64,000 nucleotides of DNA from Octopus sinensis. Its lineage: Eukaryota. The notes beneath the pieces are model-generated. The model was not told the origin of the DNA, searched no databases, and worked only from the letters and a program-made list of their open reading frames with translations. The position numbers and the translations under genes are program-made. The stretch is taken from contig NC_043010.1 in NCBI RefSeq assembly GCF_006345805.1, forward strand, positions 13,578,001 to 13,642,000, written 5' to 3'. Below are positions 57,765 to 64,000 of this stretch, one piece after another; position 1 is the first letter of the stretch; every line of letters begins with the position of its first letter.

Positions 57765-58195
57765 CCCAAGCCATATAGACTCATAGGGCCAGTTTCCTCG
57801 TTTCTGTGGAGCATATATTTACCCTTGGATAGGACACCACTCCATCACAGGATTACTCACTTTTGCCAGCTGAGAAGACTGGAGAAGCATTAAATGAAGT
57901 GTTTTGCTCAAGAACACAACCAGGGGCATATATTCTGGGTGTACTAGGTGTGTGCTGCACACCCATCAAAAATAGCAAATTCATTATAAATATTAATCTT
58001 ATTCATTAATTTAATCACAAATCTTAATGAAAAACTTTTGTTATACCCCTGCTTGAAATTTGGTGGCACTGGGTGTAGCAGCACACCCAATACAACAACC
58101 GCCACATGCCACTGAACACAACATATCACCCAGTCTAGGAATTGAAACGACAATTTTATGATCATGAGCTCAACACTAAGCCACGTGCCTCCACT
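57765..58195 (-). mobile_element. Old SINE family D split by a MITE-like insert (~57921-58051)
   Basis: CORE-like and tail motifs on both sides of the insert. Confidence 0.6.
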
Positions 58196-58271
58196 GTATA
58201 ATGCATGTGTGTGCATATTTCTTTATTTATTACAAAGACATCTCTTTTAGAGGATGGTCTTGACAGTTAGT

Positions 58272-58428
58272 ATAGGAGTGGCTGTGTGGTAAGTAGCTTG
58301 CTTATGAACCACATGGTTCAGGGTTCAGTCCCACTGCGTGGCACCTTGGGCAAGTGTCTTCTACTATAGCCTCGGGCTGACCAAAGCCTTGTGAGTGGAT
58401 TTGGTAGACAGAAACTGAAAGAAGCCTG

Positions 58429-58467
<39 letters not shown>

Positions 58468-61154
58468 TGTATGTGTGTATGTATATGTTTGTCCCCCTGA
58501 CATCACTTGACAACCGATGCTGGTGTGTTTATGTCCCCGTAACTTAGCGGTTTGGCAAAAGACACCGATAGGATACGTACTGGGCTTACAAAGAATAAGT
58601 CCTGGGGGTGATTTGCTCGACTAAAGGCAGTGCTCCAGCATGGCCACAGTCAAATGACTGAAAGAAGTACAAGAGTAAAAGAGTAACGGTTGAAATAAAG
58701 CATATCTGCAGAATTTGAACTCACAAATTAGAGAGAAAAAACTGAACAACATAATATATTTCGTATGCATTCTACTCCCTCAGCTTTCTCTACTACCTTA
58801 CAATTAGAATGTGCAAAAATGAACAGGAGTGGCTGTGTGGTAAGTAGCTTGTTTACCAACCACATGGTTCCGGGTTCAGTCCCACTGCATGGCACCTTGG
58901 GCAAGTGTCTTCTGCTATAGCATCGGGCCGACCAATGCCTTGTGAGTGGATTTGGTAGATGGAAACTGAAAGAAGCCTGTTGTATATATGTACATATATA
59001 TATGTGTGTGTGTGTCTGTGTGTCTGTGTTTGTCCCCCTAGCATTGCTTGACAACCGATGCTGGTGTGTTTATATCCCCGTTACTTAGCGGTTCGGCAAA
59101 AGAGACCGATAGAATAAGTACTGGGCTTACAAAAGAATAAGTCCCGGGGTCGAGTTGCTCGATTAAAGACGGTGTTCCAGCATGGCCGCAGTCAAATGAC
59201 TGAAACAAGTAAAAGAGTAAAAGAGAGCAAAGAGAGAAAATAAACAGAAAGAGAAATGTCATCATAGAGCCAGTGAAAACAGAACAAGCATGCCTTGGTT
59301 AAAACCAAAAATACATTAAGAAAATTCCTGCATCTCTGCTGTATTTCTCATGTTGAGTATAACCTTCTAATTTGATGTAATTTAATTAAGATAATTTCTT
59401 TTTATCACTTTTCATCATCTTCAATAGTTTACTGTCGTTTTTTTTTTGTTGTTTTTTGCATCCAGTGAGCAGCTGTTTTACTTACTAAGAATTCCATTTG
59501 CTGCGGTGAAATACTGACATGGATATTTTACACCAATTCCCTAAGACTCTCAGAGACAATATTTGTTTTATAATTTCTTTCATCATAAATTAGACAACCG
59601 ATTTATTTTAGAACTAGTTAACTCCAGGGAATATATATTTTAACGCCCTTATACTTTTAATATTCATTTCTGCCATTGGCACAAAGCCAGCTATTTTCAG
59701 GGAAGGGTATAATCAATTAAATCAGCCCCTGTAACCCTGTACACTAACTGGTATTTATTCATTTAATATTGGCAGAGCATCGTGCAAAATGACTTGCAGT
59801 ATTAAATTACATTTACTCTTTACTCTTTTACTTGTTTCAGTCATTTGACTGCGGCCATGCTGGAGCAACGCCTTTAGTCGAGCAAATCAACCCCGGGACT
59901 TATTCTTTGTAAGCCCAGTACTTATTCTAGTGGTCTCTTTTGCCGAACCGCTAAGTGACAGGGACATAAACACACCAGCATCGGTTGTCAAGCAATGCTA
60001 GGGGGACAAACACAGACACACAAACACACACACACATATATATATACATATATATGACGGGTTTCTTTCAGTTTCTTTCTCCCAAATCCACTTACAAGGC
60101 TTTGATTGGCCTGGGGCTATAGTAGAAGACACTTGCTCAAGATGCCACGCAGTGGGACTGAACCCGGAACCATGTGGTTGGTAAACAAGCTACTTACCAC
60201 ACAGCCTACATTTTCAGTTCAAATCTTACTCAAACCAACCTTGCTTTTCAGAATTCCAAAGTTAATTAGTAGACATGTAGCTGTGTCGTAAGAAGCTTGC
60301 CTCCAAACCACATGGTTCCAGGTTCACTCCCACTGCATGAGAGCTTGGGCAAGTGCCTATTACTATAGCCCCAGGCCAATCAAAGCTTGTAAGTGGATTT
60401 GGGAGAAAGAAACTGAAAGAAGCCTGTCTTATATATATATATATGTATGCATGTGTGTGTGCATGTGTGTGTGTGTGTGTGGTGTATTTACATCTTGTAA
60501 CTTAGCAGTTCGGCAAAAGTACCTGATAGAATAAGTACCAGGCTTGAAGTCTAAGTGCTGGGGTCGATTCATTCAACTAAAAGTTGGTGACGTCCCAGCA
60601 TGGCCACAGTCTAATGACTGGAACAAATAAAATATAAAATAAACAGAATGTAATGAGCAAAACCCAAACCCAAACCCCTAATTAGAGGTTATATGAACAT
60701 ATGTTAATAATTATAATCATTATCAGTTTTAGCTCCCTTTTCCATGCTTGCTTGAATCAGACAGAATTTATTAAGGCAGGTTAGCTACAGTTGAATATCC
60801 TTACCATTGCTAATGCTCACCTGTTTCCAAGCAAAGTAATATTTTCTTATGGCCACGCATGTTTTCTTTTATGGAAAACAGATAATGAACAACATTGCTT
60901 GTATGACAGTGAAGCTTGTTTACAACCATCAGGCAATGTCAAGACATGAGTGCATGCACACACGCACAGACATGCACACACACACACACACATACACACA
61001 CGTGGCGATTTTTTTTCCTCTGTCTTCCCTTCTCTGGATCATTCCTTCTCCTATGTTTCCGACGAAGAGCTCCTTCTTTCCTGAGCGTCCAATAATACTA
61101 TATTTGTTCCACGTCCTCGCGTTGCTGTGTTTTTTTGTGCTTTCTTGTTTGGAT

Positions 61155-61186
<32 letters not shown>

Positions 61187-62180
61187 CTGCTTGAGTTGTC
61201 TAAAAGTGGTTGCCATTTCCCCTTCCATGTTGGCTATCTCTGACAAGCGTATATTACATAACTGGTTTGTTGCCTAACACTCCATTATATAATTTCACAT
61301 GAAACCAATTGGTAAGACCAGCCGTGATGGATAATTAACACTATAAAATTCAGACTATATATATATATACTCTTTTACTTGTTTCAGTCATTTGACTGCG
61401 GCCATGCTGGAGCACCGCCTTTAGTCGATCAAATCGACCCCAGGACTTATTCTTTGTAAGTCTAGTACTTATTCTATCGGTCTCTTTTGCCGAACCACTA
61501 AGTGACGGGGACGTAAACACACCAGCATCGGTTGTCAAGCAATGCTAGGGGGACAAACACAGACACACAAACACACATACACATATATATATACATATAT
61601 ACGACAGGCTTCTTTCAGTTTCCGTCTATCAAATCCACTCACAAGGCTTTGGTTGGCCCGAGGCTTTAGCACGAGACACTTGCCCAAGATGCCACGCAGT
61701 GGGACTGAACCCGGAACCATGTGGTTGGTAAGCAAGCTACTTACCACACAGCCACTATATATCTCTTTTTTTTTTTCCTCTTTTCTTTCTTGTTTCAGTC
61801 ATTTTGACTGCGGCCATGCTGGAGCACCGCCTTTAGTCGAGCAAATCGACCCCAGGACTTATTCTTTGTAAGCCCAGTACTTATTCTATCGGTGTCTTTT
61901 TGCCGAACCGCTAAGTAACGGGGACATAAACACACCAGCATCGGTTGTCAAGCAATGCTAGGGAGACAAACACAGACACACAAACATACACACATACATA
62001 TATATACATATATACGACGGGCTTCTTTCAGTTTCCGTCTACCAAATCCACTCACAAGGCATTGGTCGGCCAGACGCTATAGTAGAAGACACTTGCCCAA
62101 GGTGCCACGCAGTGGGACTGAACCCGGAATCATGTGGTTGGTAAACAAGCTACTTACCACACAGCCACTCCTGCGCCTAT
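58272..62180. mobile_element. Cluster of SINE family A copies: 58272-58685(+), 58822-59225(+), 59812-60208(-), 60283-60640(+, old), 61368-61757(-), 61780-62180(-)
   Basis: Family A head and tail motifs in each copy. Confidence 0.9.
61005..61160 (+). mobile_element. Second copy of the 24186 Penelope-like remnant, hammerhead 3' half deleted
   Basis: GTTTCCGACGAAGAGCTCC joined directly to TTCTTTCCTGAGCGTCC. Confidence 0.75.
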
Positions 62181-62356
62181 ATATATATATATATAGTTTA
62201 CTCTTCTCTTACAGTAAGATCAACAAATAAAGTACTCCACCCAGTGAGAGAGAAATATTATCTAATGTACACAGTATATAGTTATAAGCTACTAATTGTT
62301 TCATACATTGGAGATATTGTCTAGGCAGGTTTTAATAACATGCCTAGTGTCTCCAA

Positions 62357-62400
<44 letters not shown>

Positions 62401-62401
<1 letters not shown>

Positions 62402-62595
62402 GTGCGGGTGGCACGTAAAAAGCACCCACTACACTCACGGAGTGGTTGGCGTTAGGAAGGGCATCCAGCCGTAGAAACACTGCCAGATTTGACTGGGCCT
62501 GATGAAGCCTTCTGGCTTCACAGACCCCAGTAGAACCGTCCAACCCATGCTAGCATGGAAAACGGACGCTAAATGATGATGATGATGATGATGAT
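62401..62595 (+). mobile_element. RTE LINE 3' UTR fragment
   Basis: CCCATGCTAGCATGGAAAACGGACGCTAAA(TGA)n. Confidence 0.85.
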
Positions 62596-62602
62596 ATATA
62601 TA

Positions 62603-62765
62603 TGACAGGCTTGTTTCAGTTTCCATCTGCCAAATCAACATGCAAGGTTTTGGTCAACCCAGCACTATTATAGAAGTGCACTTGCCCAAGGTATTTTGAG
62701 TGGGATAGAACCCCAAACTATATGGTTGGTAAACAAGCTTCTCAACTGCACAACCACGCCTATGC
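62603..62765 (-). mobile_element. Old SINE family A 5' half
   Basis: Diverged family A head. Confidence 0.7.
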
Positions 62766-64000
62766 TAATCAATCAATACAAATATAATGGTATTTAACAT
62801 TGGTACATTAGGTTACAAATACTAACAATAGAAAATCATATAAAGGTACTGTAACGCATTCGTCTGTTAATCTACCAATCCACTGTTCTTGTGCAAGAAG
62901 GGTAAATATACACAATATTTCTATGAAATATGACAAGGAAAACACTTCATTTTTTTTTTTAATCAAGGAAGCAAAAAAAAAAATCCAAAGTCACTATAAG
63001 TGATATAAATAACTGTAGAGCAACTATTATCGATCAGGACTAACTTGGGACTAATAAATTATAAAATAGCGGTATAAAAATGTCTTTTACAGACTAATCA
63101 CTGTTAACAATAATGATGTTATTGACCTCCTTCGGCAGATTGGGTAGTGAATAGCTCAAAGTTTTGCTTATGTTGAACGTCTACAGTAGTATCCCGCGTA
63201 ACTTTGACAAGACAAGTCTTCGAATCACAGATATAGATCGTCGAATGAGTTTCTGACGGAGTTTTCGTCTCCCTGCTTTTGCTCACAAACGTTGGGTCGA
63301 ACCTAAAGCTATAGTAGAGGACATTAACCCAAGCCAAAGTGTTATACAGTGTGACACCTCCTGTTTGATGAGTGAGGGAGCATCTACATGGTTACTTAGC
63401 CTGCTAGAAATAACAATCAAATACTCCTCGATAATACCCTGTGCGTCATTAACGAAATAAAAAACGGAAAACATAATCTTGGATGATCTTTATGGGGGAG
63501 AAAAAAAAAAGAGAAAAAGACCGAATGGGTACGGCTGGAGCGCGTTCGATCGCAGATAGATACGCTCTACCAAAGCTGGCTTAGCGGCTAAATATCTACC
63601 GTAGTAACTATCCCGATGATGTCACTATATTCTTTAAAAAATTCAAATATTGAAATTCTAGTGCAGCCACCCATTGTCAGGATCTTCCATCCCACATTCA
63701 TTGCTTTTACTTCAATAAATAATTTGTTCGTTATACTTTTTCGATTATCTGTTTTGTTGTCTTTTTTTTTTCTTTTTAATGGTTTAAATACTACAGTATT
63801 AGCATAGTTTTCTGTGAAGGGAGCAATAAAAAAAAAAGGAGAAAGTACAATTGACATATTGACATTTAAATTGTATAGTAGTAACAGAAACAGAGTTTGC
63901 CGGAATGAATGAAAAATGACCATATGGTCTTAATGTATTTCGCTTCACGATAAAAAATAAACATAATATATGATGTATGTCATGATACTTTGCATAATTT

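Noticed and set aside
62499-62505. CTGATGA hammerhead core in the RTE 3' UTR fragment
   Set aside because: No GAAA or stems I/III downstream; other family copies lack it
63470-63923. CpG-richer patch and 111-aa minus-strand ORF near the window end
   Set aside because: No recognisable domain or splice pattern; might be a promoter for a gene outside the window but cannot be supported

Overview
AT-rich, repeat-dominated animal DNA, very probably an octopus (inferred from the tRNA-derived SINE families, (TA)n/(CA)n density and a KRAB-less C2H2 gene). The only convincing protein-coding gene is a single-exon C2H2 zinc-finger gene (34999-36342, +). There is one tRNA-Ser(AGA) gene or pseudogene (14996-15077). 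The rest is SINEs (labelled locally A, B, D), LINE fragments (RTE, CR1, Tx1/L1-like, CRE-like), non-autonomous Helitrons, and MITEs (hAT, Tc1/mariner, piggyBac-like, and an 8-bp-TSD family carrying TTAGGG). The most interesting layer is catalytic RNA, all folded by eye and untested. (1) A 503-bp TSD-flanked, internally deleted RTE derivative starts exactly at the predicted cleavage site of an HDV-like ribozyme fold (45791-46293, -). (2) At least five unrelated repeat families carry minimal hammerhead folds, including a ~352-nt tandem retrozyme/Penelope-like array (38748-39815), a tRNA-headed hammerhead SINE, and two families with apparently fixed core variants. (3) SINE family B appears to insert into its own head at a GGTATTT site and shares its 3' tail with a Tx1-like LINE present in the window. 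Most ORFs in the supplied track are microsatellite or SINE artefacts. Boundaries of degraded repeats are approximate.
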